This document shows, piece by piece, positions 30,513 through 43,205 of a DNA stretch of 64,000 nt. Numbering within the stretch: position 1 is the first letter of the stretch; every line of letters starts with the position of its first letter. The DNA comes from Rebecca billardiae RCC1528 (lineage: Eukaryota; Protista; Haptophyta), in the NCBI GenBank assembly GCA_965240325.2, contig OZ251224.1, positions 620,001 to 684,000 of the forward strand, given 5' to 3'. The translations under genes were made by a program, and so were the position numbers. The notes under the pieces were generated by a model. That model saw only the letters and a program-made list of their open reading frames with translations, was not told the DNA's origin and ran no database searches.

Positions 30513-30928
30513 CGCCTGTTCTGCCTCTCACTGTTTCAGTTTGGCTGTTTTTGATGGGGAAAAAACGCCGCATTGCCGGCAGCCCGCAGCCACCCGAATA
30601 CGACACTGATAGCAGCGGCTGATCTGTATCGGCTCGATCAGAAGAATTTGCGGATAGGGGTGAAAATCCCATTTTCTGGCCTGTCCGGGCGGAAAATCCG
30701 GCTGCGCTCAGATCCGCCCCGGACTGGACCCGGACAGCATAGTATCTAGGGACCAGGCAATGTTACAACTTCGTTCTCTTCGGATTTGAGCATGGGGCGG
30801 CGCCCCATTCATACAGTCAAAAGATCGCGGTTGTAACATTGTCCGTGCTCGAGTTCGATGTAGCGGCCTGGGCGAATTAGTGAATTCAAAAACAATTCAT
30901 CATGAATTCACTTACGCCCACGGCCGCG

Positions 30929-31830
30929 ATGGCGTGCCGGTGCATGGCGCCGTCCACCCGCGACGGAGTCGTGGACGGTCATCGCTACACAGCCTACGCG
31001 ACAGGCGTTGTCGTGATCGAGGTGCCCGCACCCGTTGCCAATCGCCAAGCGATTGACACGACGACCTGGCACCACATCCGCGTCAAGCGCGGCGAGGCCG
31101 TGGTCCAGCGCGTGTGCGCCAAGCTGGCCGATGTGCGGACGGCGGCGGGTGGCGCAGGGGCCCCTGCCGATGCTATCAGGCGGCTGCTGCGGGGCCTGCT
31201 GCCGTGGTCGAGCCTGAGGCAGAAAGCGAGTCGACCGTGGAGCAGCTCAACGCTTCCGAGCTCGAGCTGCGCGCGGTCGGACCAGATGACGGCCCGCGGC
31301 CGCCCAAGCGCACACGCAAAGACGCCCGAGCAGACGCGTTCAGTCCGAGCAAAGCCTGGTCGGCGTACGAGCGCGAGCCAGCTCAGACACAGCACGAGCG
31401 CACGCGTGACGGCTCGTACGACGAGCTCGTCGGCTTGGTCATCGGGCTGCTGTCGCTCGTCGCCTCGCTCGTCAAGTCGCAGTCAGCTGAGCACAGACAT
31501 CACTCCCGCCGTTCAGCTGATCGACGAGGACGAGGCGGCCAAGGCGGCGGCGGCCCAAACGCCTGGAGGAGGCGCGCAGGAGGAGGAGGCCTGCGGGGCC
31601 CGCGCCGAGGCCAGGCACCGCGGCCAGCGGCTGCAGCCGCGGGTGGCTGTCGGACAGCAGCTTTCGGCGGCACACGCTCACTCATACGTCGATCCTCATA
31701 GTGAGTCTTGCTCGAGGCGGGGCAAGGGAAAGGCTGCCGCACGCGAGCTTGCTGAGCGTGCGCAGGCCGAGCCGCAGCTGAGTCCCGAGGGTGCTCGGGA
31801 CGCCGCGTACGCAGATCTATATGGTGATTC
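30929..31830 (+). pseudogene. Frameshifted coding-like remnant (gene or TE ORF)
   Basis: Protein-like segments alternate between the ORFs 30902..31999 and 31114..31701; no family recognised. Confidence 0.35.
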
Positions 31831-32283
31831 GCATACTACACCGCCGAAAAAATTTCTTCGCACTGCGTGCGCGCTTATTTCTTTAGTAATAAATGTCTTT
31901 TTATTAGCTTCTTTTCGTATTAAATGGCGCTTTTCCGCCTCCCCAGACAGCCAGTGCGGAAGTCACGCCAGAATAAATGGGAATTCCACCCATGCATAGT
32001 ATCATTCGTCAAGCTCCGGACACTCTGACTGACTCTAGGCAGATCACGCACTGCGGCGCATCGTGACCGCCTGCCAGCTGTTGAGTCGCACCGGCGGACC
32101 GCAGTATCTGGCATCTGCGCACACAGTGTCGTGAACAATCGGCGGGACGGTCTACGTGCGCGAGTGGCCGAGTCCGCCGACGCACCGACACAGAGGGACG
32201 GGCACATCTGTTAGCCGAGCACTGGACCTTGAGAACGGCAGCTACCCGTGAGCAGAACGAACGATACGTCTCATCAGGACGTG

Positions 32284-32919
32284 TCACTGGATGGAGTGTG
32301 CGACAACGGGAGGTTTCTCCACCACCGTCGTGACGAGGTCGACGACGCGCGTGAGCTTGCCCTCAAAGTCAGTTGAGTTGTCAATAATTTGGCGCCGCGG
32401 ATGATTTTGCCAGACCTCGCGAGTGCGGTGGTCGGTCTGCACCGCTTCTTCCACAGTCTCGTGCCGAAAGTCGTGTGCCGAGTAGTGTGCAGGCGCGCCA
32501 TCTGCTGCGCTGACCAGATGAACCACTGTATCGTACCTCCCGCCGCTGACGTCGCTCTCAGAAACGCCCACCCGCTGCAGGACCTGGCCCCATTCATCGT
32601 CGCTCATGTACGCTTTGCCGTCCATACCACCACGGTCGCAGAGAAGAAGCGCCCTCGTGCCATTCGAAACCGCAATCGAGGCGAACGAGTTCTCGAGTTG
32701 CAACTGCAGTCTCATGAGGCCTGTCTGGAAAGTGACGCGTCGATCAGCGTCGCCCAGGTCGGTTGGTGTGCATCCGTTCTCCCAAAACATGGTGGCCGCC
32801 TCGGGCACGAGGTACACGCGGAAGCCCTTCTGGCTGAAGTGGCTGCGCAACCGCGCGAGAGCCGACGTCTTACCCGCGCACGGTCCCCCCGTGAGGCAGA
32901 TGAAATAGACTTCTGACAT
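32284..32919 (-). CDS. AAA_28 / TTD14-like P-loop NTPase
   Basis: ICLTGGPCAGKTS, VPEAAT, LLCDRGGMDGKAY, YDTVVHLVSAADGA and WQNHP..IIDNSTDFEGK. Confidence 0.85.
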   Translation of the reverse strand: MSEVYFICLTGGPCAGKTSALARLRSHFSQKGFRVYLVPEAATMFWENGCTPTDLGDADRRVTFQTGLMRLQLQLENSFASIAVSNGTRALLLCDRGGMDGKAYMSDDEWGQVLQRVGVSESDVSGGRYDTVVHLVSAADGAPAHYSAHDFRHETVEEAVQTDHRTREVWQNHPRRQIIDNSTDFEGKLTRVVDLVTTVVEKPPVVAHSIQ

Positions 32920-33163
32920 GCTGCGAATCCGTCGCCGCCGGCTGACGACGGCTGCACGCCTGCACTCCTCTCCCCTGCCTGCACGCAGCTTTTCAAGCTC
33001 AAAGCGAGGCAGCAAAGGGCCACGCTGTTCCGCTGCGAGCTCGCCACAAGCTGGGGCGAGCCTCGGTGAGCCAAGGGCCGTACACTCGTACAGTAGTAGC
33101 GCCGCCCGGACTTTACAACTGTCTCTGTGCGCGAGTTGGACTCCAGTGGAGTCGTTTCAAGCA

Positions 33164-34309
33164 ATGGCCGCCCCGTCGCTGGACGACCTCAACGCCGAAC
33201 TCCGCGAGCTGCACACCGCCAATGAGGCGCTGCAGGCGGAGAATGATTTGTTCGAGAGCTTTCTGCTCCGCACCAACCCGGGGCTCCTCTCCTCCGTAGA
33301 CGACCACGCGCCCACCGCAAGTCATGGCCGGCAGAAGAAACTGGCGAGCCTGCGAAAGGTGCTGACTGCCGAGCAGAAGCACGACCTCGCCCTGCAGGAG
33401 GTGGAGGAGATGCGCGCGCAAATCGACCGCACCAAGACGAACTCGGAGAAGCTGCTCGACGGGCTGCGCGCCCAGATGGAGGAGTGCGACATGCGGATCG
33501 CAGAGATCAAAAAGGAGGCGTACGAGTTCAAGCGAGACATTGTCGTCGGCGCGGAGAACTTCCGCACAGGCAAGACGGCCGCGGAGAAGGTGGTGAGGTA
33601 CATGGAGGACAAGCAGCGCACGAAGAGCGCGGCCATCGAGAAGCTGCGCCTCAAGAACACCACACTCAAGTCTCAGATCCAGAAGATCGAGCAGCAGCTG
33701 CAGCTGAAGGAGGAGATGGGCGAGGTGCTGCACGTGATCGACTTTGACCAGCTCAAGATCGAGAACCAGCAGTACCTCGAGAAGATCGAGGAGCGGAACT
33801 CCGAGCTGCTGCGGCTGAAGCTGACGACGGGGAACACGGTGCAGACGCTCAACACGCTCAAGCGCAAGCTGCGCAACCTCACCGCCGAGTCGGAGTGGCT
33901 GAGGCACGAGATCGCGCAGCGCGATGAGCTGATCACAAAGGTGTCGGACGAGGTCACCAAGGTGTGCGCACCCGCCCCGTGGGCCCTCGGTGGGCTGGTA
34001 GGCGGGTGGGTGGGCGCTCTGTGCCTTGCACTCGCTCATGTGCTGTACCCATCGCGCGCGCGCCTTGCGCCACGTCGAGCGCAGGTGGAGCTTGAGAAGA
34101 AGCACGCCGAGCAGTTCAACCGCAAGCTGAAGCGAGAGACGGGTGGCGAGAGCAACATGCCGCAGGTGCTCGACTATGTGGCACAGAAAGCGGAGCTCTT
34201 CGAGCTGGAGCGCGAGATTAAGAACTGGGAGAGAAAGGTGGAGATCGCCGAGATCGAGTACACGAGGCATAGGACGATCGCGCGCAAGACAAGAGAAGGG
34301 CTTTTGTAA
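33164..34309 (+). CDS. CCDC113: Cilia/flagella coiled-coil protein CCDC113/CFAP263; predicted intron 33962-34084
   Basis: IKKEAYEFKRDIVVG, IEKLRLKN, KEEMGEVLHVIDFDQLKIENQQYLEKIEERN, PQVLDYV and WERKVEIAE. Confidence 0.85.
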   Translation: MAAPSLDDLNAELRELHTANEALQAENDLFESFLLRTNPGLLSSVDDHAPTASHGRQKKLASLRKVLTAEQKHDLALQEVEEMRAQIDRTKTNSEKLLDGLRAQMEECDMRIAEIKKEAYEFKRDIVVGAENFRTGKTAAEKVVRYMEDKQRTKSAAIEKLRLKNTTLKSQIQKIEQQLQLKEEMGEVLHVIDFDQLKIENQQYLEKIEERNSELLRLKLTTGNTVQTLNTLKRKLRNLTAESEWLRHEIAQRDELITKVSDEVTKVCAPAPWALGGLVGGWVGALCLALAHVLYPSRARLAPRRAQVELEKKHAEQFNRKLKRETGGESNMPQVLDYVAQKAELFELEREIKNWERKVEIAEIEYTRHRTIARKTREGLL

Positions 34310-35211
34310 CTTGTTTGTCTTTCAAGACTTCAAGAGCCTTGACGTCAGATTCGTGAGTCAGTGACAACTCAGACAAGTCACAAGTTTGGATAATGACGAC
34401 TGTTTCTGGACTGAACAGCCGATGACATTCGTCAGTCATTCCGACGAGGCTCAGCCCTCGGACCCGGGCCGCGGCGGGCTCGGACCGTACTACGGCGGCC
34501 GGTACGTAGGCCCGGATCGGGCCGGCGGGGGCGGGCGATGGCGCCATGGCCGATAATGGCGGCGATGCCAGCAGTTATATGATTTATAATGCTGACGAGT
34601 TATATTATTATAAACGAACTGAGCCCGCGTGAAATCTTATTTAGACGATCGATGAAGTTATTCTGCCGCGTGACGATCCGTCATCCGAATCGAGGGACGA
34701 CGACAAGCAGCGCCGATTCTGATTCGGGCCGAGCCGCCGCCGCCGCCGGACGGCGGCAGCCTGCCGCCCGGCCTGCGCCGGCGGACGGCGTCACGCGGGC
34801 ACGGCGGTCACGGCGTCACGCGGCCCGTGGCCGTGGGCCGCGCCCGCGGCCGCGCCCGCGGTCAGCGGCGTCGGCGGTCGGCGTGCCGGGTCACGGCTCA
34901 GTCTGCTCAGTCTGCTGTCACTAGGCTACGCCCGTCCCGCGGGTTCCGGTTAGTAAGTGTTAGTCGGGTTATTAGCTTGTTTTAATATGAAGAATCATAC
35001 GTTCATGGCGGTTTCCAATTCCAAAGGCTGAGCATCGGAATCGGCTGCTCAGTAGTCCGAGTGACAGCTCATGATTCATGAATGACAGTTGTCAGTTGAA
35101 AGTTCCGAGTTCCGGGACAGTTCCGAAAGTACTATAATATATATATATATATATACACGTATAGTTAGTAGTTACGGTCGTCGTCTAATCCCGGACTCTG
35201 AGTCAGACTTA

Positions 35212-35739
35212 TGAGACTACAGGTGAATCGCGGGCAATAAGAAGTCAGAGATCTCACGGACTAGTAGTCTCGGTTTCTTAGCCGTTCGGTAGCCCGACCG
35301 CCTACGGAGTCTCAGTTTCTTAGCTAGGTCCGCCCGCCGCGCAGGCGCGGGGGGCGCAGGGGGGGCTGACTAGTCAGCGGCTGAGCCCCCCGCTGAGTCT
35401 TTAGGCCCGGCCGGCGAGGCCGAAGAAAGCATTTGGGCCATTTTGGAGCAAATCTGGCATGATGTTGCATGGATGCTGCGGTGCACTGGCCAGGAGTCAG
35501 TCATCAGGAGAAGTCGGCAATCCTTGGCCTGTACTCGTAGTCGGGCCGCGCGCCGCCGGTCCCACGGGCACTGCGCCTCGGCGGACCACTCGTCAGCCGC
35601 GACGACATAGTCCCGGTTTCTTATAAGAGTCCAATCGCTAGTCTCAGTTTCTAGGCGCCAGATCCGCAGATAGCAAGCCCCAGTTTCTTAACGTGACAGC
35701 TCCTTATATTGCCCGCGATTGCCTGTGGCTGTAGTCTCA
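35212..35739. mobile_element. MITE-like element with TIRs and internal 16-bp motif repeats
   Basis: Inverted pairs tgagactacag/ctgtagtctca and aatcgcgggcaata/tattgcccgcgatt; agtc(t/c)c(a/g)gtttct repeated about 5 times inside. Confidence 0.75.
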
Positions 35740-36422
35740 GTCGGACAGTCCTCGGACTGAGTCTGACGACGTCGACTGCTGACTCATCCGAATCAGTCGA
35801 TCATCATTCATCACCGCCTGCTCTAGCCTCTAGGTCTGCGAGACAGCGACTGAGCGAGTAGTTAGTGCCAGGGCACCAGTCGGCAGTGCGAGTGCCGGTG
35901 CCGTGCGGCGACCGCTGCGGCGCTGGGCCCGCCAGAGCCCAGAGGCGCCAGACGCGTCGCGGGCGGTCGCGGCCGCGGCGGCCCCGCGAAGTGTGGCAGG
36001 TGAGGCTCAACGACGGACGGTCCGACGGCGGGTGCCGTCTCGGGCTCTGACAGTCTCACGAGACCCGAGTCCCGGGCCACGCGCCGAGCCTTGGGCTTGC
36101 CGAGCCTGCGGCGGGGCCACGGCCACGGGCACGGGCCACGCGGCGCCAGCCACCGTTCGCCATCCAGTCGAATTGGCGGGCCTGGGCCTGATCAGCCGAT
36201 GGGTCTGGCCGGCGCGCGCCGGGGTCCAGCAGCACCAGCTCGGCCCTGCCTGTCCTGACCATCTGCAGCAAAAGGCAATCGGCTCCGGGTCCGACGCCGT
36301 CGACCATAAGATTCGGTGCCCGAATCGACTGTGCAGCCTCATGGCGCAGACTCCATCCAGAACCACTGAGCAGAACGCATGGAGTGCATGGATGGGTGGA
36401 AGTTGTCGTGTCAAGGCTGGGC

Positions 36423-36868
36423 TCACGGTTGAGGTTTGACCTGGGCCTCCAGCTTGTCGACGTCGAGATTTGCCAGTGCAAGCATCTCCACGAGGATGTC
36501 CACCTTCAAGTGCAATAGATTGTTTTCCTCTTTCAACCGAGTGAGCTCAGCTTGCGTCTCTGCTGAGACATCAGCCGGCACAGGTGCCGTGCTGACGTTT
36601 GGCGCCTGTTTGTCTCCTCTCCTCCAGCCGCGAGGCCCGAGTGTGAATGACCCAGCCTCGCCACCGAGGTTGAGTGTGACTGCACTGAGCTGCTTGATCT
36701 CGGGTGGTGGCACGGTCACTGTTTCCGTCGGACCGCCCTGCGGCGCGGGTGCCGGGGCGAGCGAAGCGTGTCAGAGCAAGCTCGTTGTGGACGCGCGCGC
36801 GACGCGGCGTGGCACGGGCAGAAGCGTACCCCTGGCTGCTTCTGGGGCTTCTTCGACCTCCCAAACAT
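36423..36868 (-). CDS. CBY1: Chibby-family basal body protein; predicted intron 36738-36829
   Basis: LKEENNLLHLKVDILVEML matches the Chibby signature EENNLLRLKVDILLDML; upstream TLNLGG...F...GW; exon 1 MFGRSKKPQKQPG. Confidence 0.8.
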
Positions 36869-37198
36869 CGCGCCTGCGGACTTGAGCGCGCGAGGGCGCA
36901 CGCTCTGACGGACACCGCGTTGGCGTCCGCAATCTGCCGGGCGGCCGCCAAAGCCACTGTCACCAGCTTACCCCGTGCGTGAAATTCGAAAGCGGCGAGG
37001 CCTGCTGCGTTTCGTCCCGCAATTTTTTTCGGCCGGCGGTGGAAACTTGGAAAGGCCTGGGCAAAGGGCTGATCCGCCGGCTGGAGGTTGATCGGCTGTA
37101 TTGTACAATACCAGATGCCACTGATTCGGCTGACGACGATCAATCATACCTAATGTCATACGACGACGATGCCGGTCACGAGGGCGCGGCTCAGACTC

Positions 37199-38387
37199 TC
37201 AGTCGGCGTCCTCGGTGTCGATGCCCAGGCAGGGGTCGCTGGACATCGGCTCGTAGCACATGTCTGCGAGAAACGGGAAGAACCACCAGTAGGCCCAGCA
37301 CGCCACGAGCGCGCACACGGCCAAAGCAGTTGCAGCCGATGCGGCGAGTGCGGCGGTGAGTGAGGCTGCGTGTGCGTCGATGTCCTCGATCAGCAGCACA
37401 GGTGTCCGCCGGCTGACGCCAAGCCCGCCGTGCGCCGATTTGAGCGCGTCCACGGCAGGCTGCACGTCTTCGGGCTCCCAACGCGGCTCAAGCGACGTGA
37501 GGGAACGCGGGAGCGTGGCACCCCCGCCGATGACGAGCCCCCCAAGCGGTGGTCGGATGTCGGACACTGCCTTGAGTGCGGCGACGCACGTTGCGCGCCC
37601 CGCTTCGGCACAGCTGCAGGTGGTGGGCGCGGTGGGGGCGTTCGATGCGCGAGGGGTCGTCGATCAGGTAGGGCGCGCACACGGACCGCACGCGCGCACG
37701 CGCAAAGCGGCGGGTAGGGAAGTGCGCAGCGTCCGCGGTGGCTCGACGATGGCCCGATCCGCACCTTCCCCGCGCTGCGCACGCGGCAAGCGCGTCAGCT
37801 CGAGATGGATTGGCTGCGTCGCCGATGGGAGCGACCACGTAGCAGCTCACGATCTCGGCATTGCGCACCGTGTACGACGACTCGGCCGAGCCCACCTGCC
37901 CAAGGCTGATCTTGGCTCCCGCGCTGAACTCGACGGCAGAGGCCGATGGGTGATTGCGAAGCGCGCTCACGCGCGACACAGAAATGCGGCCACTTTGGAA
38001 GCGGGCGAATACGGGCAAGTAGATACCCCAGACCGACCCGATGATGATGGCGCACAGGAGGACGTCGTATATCACGATCGCTTGCAGCACCCACTTCTTT
38101 CCCCGCACTTTCAAAATGAACAGCGCCGTCCCGGCCAGGTTGACGAGAACACTCGCGATGACCATGGTGATGATGTGCGCATCGTTGGAGGCGAGCGCAG
38201 GGAGCACGAAGACGAGAGAAAGTAGCGCTGTCGAGATCACCGCTGCCAGCAATGTCAGCGCGGCGCGCGCCGTCGACGGCTGCTTTTCGGCAGCAGCTGG
38301 CACCACCGCTGGGGGGTCCATGTCATCCATGCTGGCAGCTTGGACGGCCGTTGCGAGCTGGCGGAGCCATCTCGGGCGGAATCTCAT
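37199..38387 (-). CDS. Hypothetical multi-pass membrane protein; predicted intron 37614-37764
   Basis: Three N-terminal hydrophobic helices and one C-terminal helix; a GT-AG intron joins the two ORFs in frame; start may be 38330. Confidence 0.65.
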
Positions 38388-38499
38388 GCAAAATCATGGG
38401 CGCGGAAAAAGTAGAAGTAACGGCTTACGTACTAATAGTAGTACTATGTCTATGACACTTATGACAGTACGGCGCGGAGGTCACGGGCGGACGGCTGAG

Positions 38500-39399
38500 T
38501 CAATGCGCGCTGAGCGACTCCTGCTGCCCATCTGCCCACGCGCACACGCGCGCGTGCACCTCGCCGCAAGACCGCTCGACAGCATCGCGGTGCTCATCGC
38601 TCAGCAGCTCGGCGGAGTCGCCGACTCGCCCCTTCCGGATAAACTCGAAACCGGTGCCCTTGTCCAGCCAGCGCACGGACACCGGCGTGAAGGCGGAGGC
38701 GTGCGCCTTCATGTACTCGAAGCTCACACGTGGCAGCACGCGCTCACGCAGCTCTGCCTCCGAGATGGGCAGTGCCAGGTGCTGCGCGATGCGCCGCAGA
38801 GTGGCGAGCGGCTCGGCGACCATGTGCTCATATCGCACAAGCAGCACCCGCGGGTCTGCGGCGGCGCACTCGAGCCACGCGGATACGTGCGGCTCCCACG
38901 CGCCATACGGCAGCTCGCCTGCGAGCCACGTGCGCACGAAGGCCTCCAGGTCGCCGGTGAAGCCGCCGTCCTCTGGCGCCATGTGTGAGAAGTGGTGCCA
39001 TTCAGATGTCACGACATCCTTGGGCTCGCGGCACACGTAGATCAAGCGCGCAGACTGGCCCGGCGGGAGCATGCTGTGCAGCAGGTGCGTGTTGAATATC
39101 CGCCACCCAAGCCGAGATTGGTGCTCCTGAACGTCGTCAGCAAGCTCCGCCACGGCATCCTGCCAAGAACGATCTGCCTCCAGAAAGGGCGCAAACTTGG
39201 AGATATGTGCCTCGTTCTCGCGCCCGCCCGAAGCGAGCTGGTACACGACGTTCTGCATCCACGTCGTGCCACTCTTCGGGTAAGACGCGACGAACACATC
39301 GCGCCCGGTCACGTCCATCTCCCGGATGCGCTTCAACGTCGCGCTGGAAGTGATAGGTAGAGTGGGGAGATCGGTCCTACTGCTAGTACTGGGCGCCAT
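38500..39399 (-). CDS. Cytosolic-type sulfotransferase (Sulfotransfer_1)
   Basis: PAPS motifs DVFVASYPKSGTTW, YVCREPKDVVTS and FIRKGRVGD. Confidence 0.92.
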   Translation of the reverse strand: MAPSTSSRTDLPTLPITSSATLKRIREMDVTGRDVFVASYPKSGTTWMQNVVYQLASGGRENEAHISKFAPFLEADRSWQDAVAELADDVQEHQSRLGWRIFNTHLLHSMLPPGQSARLIYVCREPKDVVTSEWHHFSHMAPEDGGFTGDLEAFVRTWLAGELPYGAWEPHVSAWLECAAADPRVLLVRYEHMVAEPLATLRRIAQHLALPISEAELRERVLPRVSFEYMKAHASAFTPVSVRWLDKGTGFEFIRKGRVGDSAELLSDEHRDAVERSCGEVHARVCAWADGQQESLSAH

Positions 39400-39584
39400 G
39401 CTGAATGAACACGGCATTCGGCCGACTGCCCGACTCCGCGCGCCACCCGGACCGGACTGTGAGTGTTGGCGGCGGCGGGGGGGAGCGCCGCCGCCGGCGT
39501 TCTGCCGAAGTGCCGAGCGAGCAGCGCATCCGCAGTCAAACGTGTCACGCAGCGGTCAACCGTGGCACGGAAAGCGGCGGCGGG

Positions 39585-40348
39585 ATGTCGCAGCTCGCCT
39601 CCGCCGCGGACGCTACGCCCACGTCGCGGACAAGGTCCGTGAGCAAGCGCGCGGTGTTGGGCGTGGCATGCGCAGCTCTCGTACTCTTCGTTGCTCTCGC
39701 GGCGCTCATGGCTCTGGTCGCCGATCTGGGCGCACCTGCAGATCCGACCCGAGGTGAGCTGGAGAAGCACCGGCGACACAGAACGTCCCACACACCGCGG
39801 CATTCGAGCGTCTTCCCCGAGGTGCCGCCCCCCGACCCATGGCTTATCTGGAAGTCGAACAACCAAACGGTGTGGAAGCCTCCGACGACGTGCAAGCCGT
39901 GCATGGAGAACAGGTGCCATCCGCACTTGGAGGATAAGTGCTCGGCGCAGCGCGGTTTTTTGGATCCGTGGTTCCTGGAGCTCGACCAGTGCATGTGCAG
40001 CTGCTGCAACACGCAGGTGGGTGGCACGTGCGTCTTGTGCACGGGCGCGCGCACGCCGCGCCTTCCCAGCTGGGTGCGTCCGTCCTCCGTGCGCGCACCT
40101 GCTCACGCGCCGCGCTCTTGCATGCTTGGCCGTGCGCCATGCCCGCCCCGCAGTGCAAAATGCCCAACGGCTATAAGGCATGCGACGGCCGTGCTTGGCT
40201 TCGGGAGATCATGGAGGAGCTGACCATCGAGGAGACCGCGCTCGCCAAGTACGCGCCGGATTTCTACGACCTGCAGCAACGGCTAATGGCCAAGCGCGAT
40301 TGGGTGGAGGCACACGTGATCACCAACGCGAGCCAGCTGACCCCCTGA
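39585..40348 (+). CDS. Hypothetical type II membrane protein with small Cys-rich domain; predicted intron 40017-40153
   Basis: TM VLGVACAALVLFVALAALMALV; CKPC..RC..KC..CMCSCCNTQ|CK..AC; the splice joins the two ORFs. Confidence 0.65.
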
Positions 40349-41144
40349 GGCGGACTCAGGGAGGGAGGCGTCACTGAGACCTCTGGGCACTCGTTGGCGG
40401 GCAAGGCCCTCGGGGCACGCGTCGCGCCGGGGTTCTTGGAGCACTCATGCACCGTACCGCCGGGGCTGAGGCCCCGAGGGCGGCGGTGACGACCGCTGGT
40501 GACGGCGGCACTATATCGGCGCTACTGGAAGTGGAACGAGCGACGACAGTCGTCTGTCGACATACGACAGCTCGACTCATCACGACTGCTCACGACAGTG
40601 AATCGCGAGTCGCGCTGAGGCCCGTGCTCACAGAGCTGTACTTGTAGCCTGTACCGTCGTCGTCGTTACTGTACATACGTAGTGGCTGCTGTATTGCTGA
40701 CGTGAGTGACGCCAGATGGCAGATGATTCGATCAGCAGTCTGACAAGTGATGTGAGTAGTGAGTACTGAGTGTATAGAGTAATAGACTATAGTGACAGTC
40801 TCGCATCTCGGACGACCGTACGACTCTAGCTGACACTATAATTTGCATGATGACCTATCAAGTCGTAGAGCTCGGCGAGACAGCGACCAGCGAGGCGCTG
40901 AGCAAGGCCGAGTGCCGGTGCGGACAGGCGGGACAGCGGAGTGGCAGTGCGCGCCTGCGGGCAGTGCCGAGTGCGGCGACGCCGACGCCGACGGTGCGAC
41001 GCCCGACAGGCGACACCGCCGATGCCAGCACACGTGTGCCACGTCAGACACTGCGGCTCCTCTGAAGAACGCCACTGCGGGCCGGGCGGCGGGCGGTCTC
41101 GGATAGAGCGCTGCGATCCACACCCACCACCACAGTGACCACGA

Positions 41145-43171
41145 TCAGCTGGCGGCGACGCCGCTGGACGGGATCGGCACGCTCGCGGCCGCCGGCGAGC
41201 CGTCCGCGGCCGCTGCTCCGCCGAGCAGCGGCGTGAGCGCGCTCGTGAGCGCGGCCACCGTCTCGCGCGCGCACTGGCTGCTGCGCACGAGCTCGAGTGT
41301 CGCGACGAGCGTCGGCGGCGCGTGCGTGTCGGCGCTGGCCGTGCACAGCACGAGGTTGAGGAGGGACTGCTCGACGAGCTCAGCCGCATCGGCGGTGGCT
41401 GCGGCGTCGGCGCCGCCTGCGGAGCCGTGCTTGCGGCGCGCCGCGAGCGCGTCCACTGCGGCGCACAGCGCGCGCACGGCGCCGAGCCACACGGCCGGCT
41501 CTGGCCAGCCGTGGCGCTCGCCGCCGAGCGCGCTGAGCAGCAGCTGCGTGAGCAGCGTCGCGGCGCGCACGAGCAGCTCGGCCGGCTGCGCGGCGCCGCC
41601 GCCGCCGCCGGCGCGCGCGCACGCCTCCGCCTGCTCGCGCACGATGGCGCACAGCGCGCGCACCGCGTCCGTGCCCGGCCCCTGCGCCGGGAGCAGCGCG
41701 CCGTGCGCGGCGCGCAGCGCGTCGAGCAGCGCGTCGGAGCGGGCGCACGGCGCGCGCGCGGCGGTGACGGCGATCGCGGCGCACTGCGCGAGCGCCGCGC
41801 CCGCCGCCGCGGCGTCGGGCCGCGCGGCCGCGGCGCGCGCGCACAGCGCCACCGCGTGCGCGAGCGCGTCCGCCACCGCCGCGCTCGCGCCCTCGTCGCC
41901 CGCGGCCGCGAGCGTCTGCAGCAGCGCGAGCACCTCGGAGGGCGGCGGCTGCGCGGCGGCGGTCGGCGTCGGCGCGGGCGGCGGCGCGGCCGCGCCGCCG
42001 CCCGACCCCGCCGCCGCCGCCGCCGCCTCCGCCGCCTCCGCCGCCGCCGCCGCCGCCTCCGCGGCGCTCGCGAGCGCGAGCGCGAGCGCGCGCGCCACGC
42101 TCGCGCCGTGCGCCTCGAGGTGCCCTGGCGTGAGGCAGAGCAGTGGCTGCAGCGGCAGCAGCGGCACGGCGCGGAGGTCGGGCGCGTGCGCGGAGGGCGC
42201 GGGGCGCGGCCAGTGCAGCAGCGCGCGCAGCGACGTGGCCACGGCGTGCGCGCTCAGCGCCGAGGACGGCGGCAGCTCCGCCGCTGCGTCGCACAACGCG
42301 CACAGTGCCTCGCCGAGCGGCGCCCACAGCGCAGGCGGCGGCGGCGCGCTCGCGGGCGGCTGCGCTGCCGCGCCCTCGGCCGCCCGACCGCTCGCGCGCG
42401 CGCCCGCGCCCGCCGCGCCGTCGGCGCCGTCGGCGCTCGGCGCGGCGGCGGGCGCGCAGAGCAGGAAGAGCGAGCACATCAGCTCGAGGCACGAGCGCGC
42501 GGACACCGTGTCCGGGTCCCTCCGCCCGTCCGCGCACGCGGCGTAGAGCGCAGCCTGCAGCGCGCGCATGAGCGCAAGCTGCGCGCGCGCCGACCAGCGC
42601 GGCGCGTCGCGCAGCCGCAGGGCGCGGTCGAGGCGGACGGCGGGGACGGGCGCGTCGGCGGCGGCGTCGGCGAGCGCGGCGGCGCCGTCAGCGGCGGCGC
42701 CACCGCACGCGTCGGACGCGGCGCGCGCGACGCGCGGGCTCTGGCTGCCGTCCGCCGCCGGCTCGGCGAGCGCCGCGCGCGCGCGCGCGGCGGGGCCGAG
42801 CGGCCGCGCGCGCGCGCCGCCGGGCGAGCGCGCGGCGGCGGCGGCGGCGGCGTGCGGCGTGGCGGGCGCGCTCCCGCCCGCGGCGCCGAGCAGCTGCGCC
42901 GCGCTGGTGAGCGGCGGCGGGAGCAGCCGCAGCCCCGCCGCGCTCGCCACCCCGCCCTCCGCGCCCTCCGCCTCCCTCAGCGCCAGCAGCAGGCCGAGCA
43001 CGTCAACCCACGCGTCGCGCAGCAGCGGCGCGCACGCGCGCGTGAGCCGCACCACCTCGGCGCACATGGGCCGGAGCTTGCGCGCGGCCGGGGCGGCGGC
43101 GGCGGGGCTGGGGCCGGACGCGCTCATCGCGCCGACGCCGAGGGCGCCGCACGACCCGCTGCCCGACACGC

Positions 43172-43205
<34 letters not shown>

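Noticed and set aside
30758-30841. 12-bp inverted repeat caatgttacaac/gttgtaacattg
   Set aside because: It is real but isolated, with no TSD or second copy; too little evidence to call an element.
33164-36868. Functional ciliary gene cluster (CCDC113, Chibby, with the NDK gene upstream)
   Set aside because: Ciliary genes are numerous in flagellates and these are interspersed with unrelated genes, so chance proximity is sufficient.
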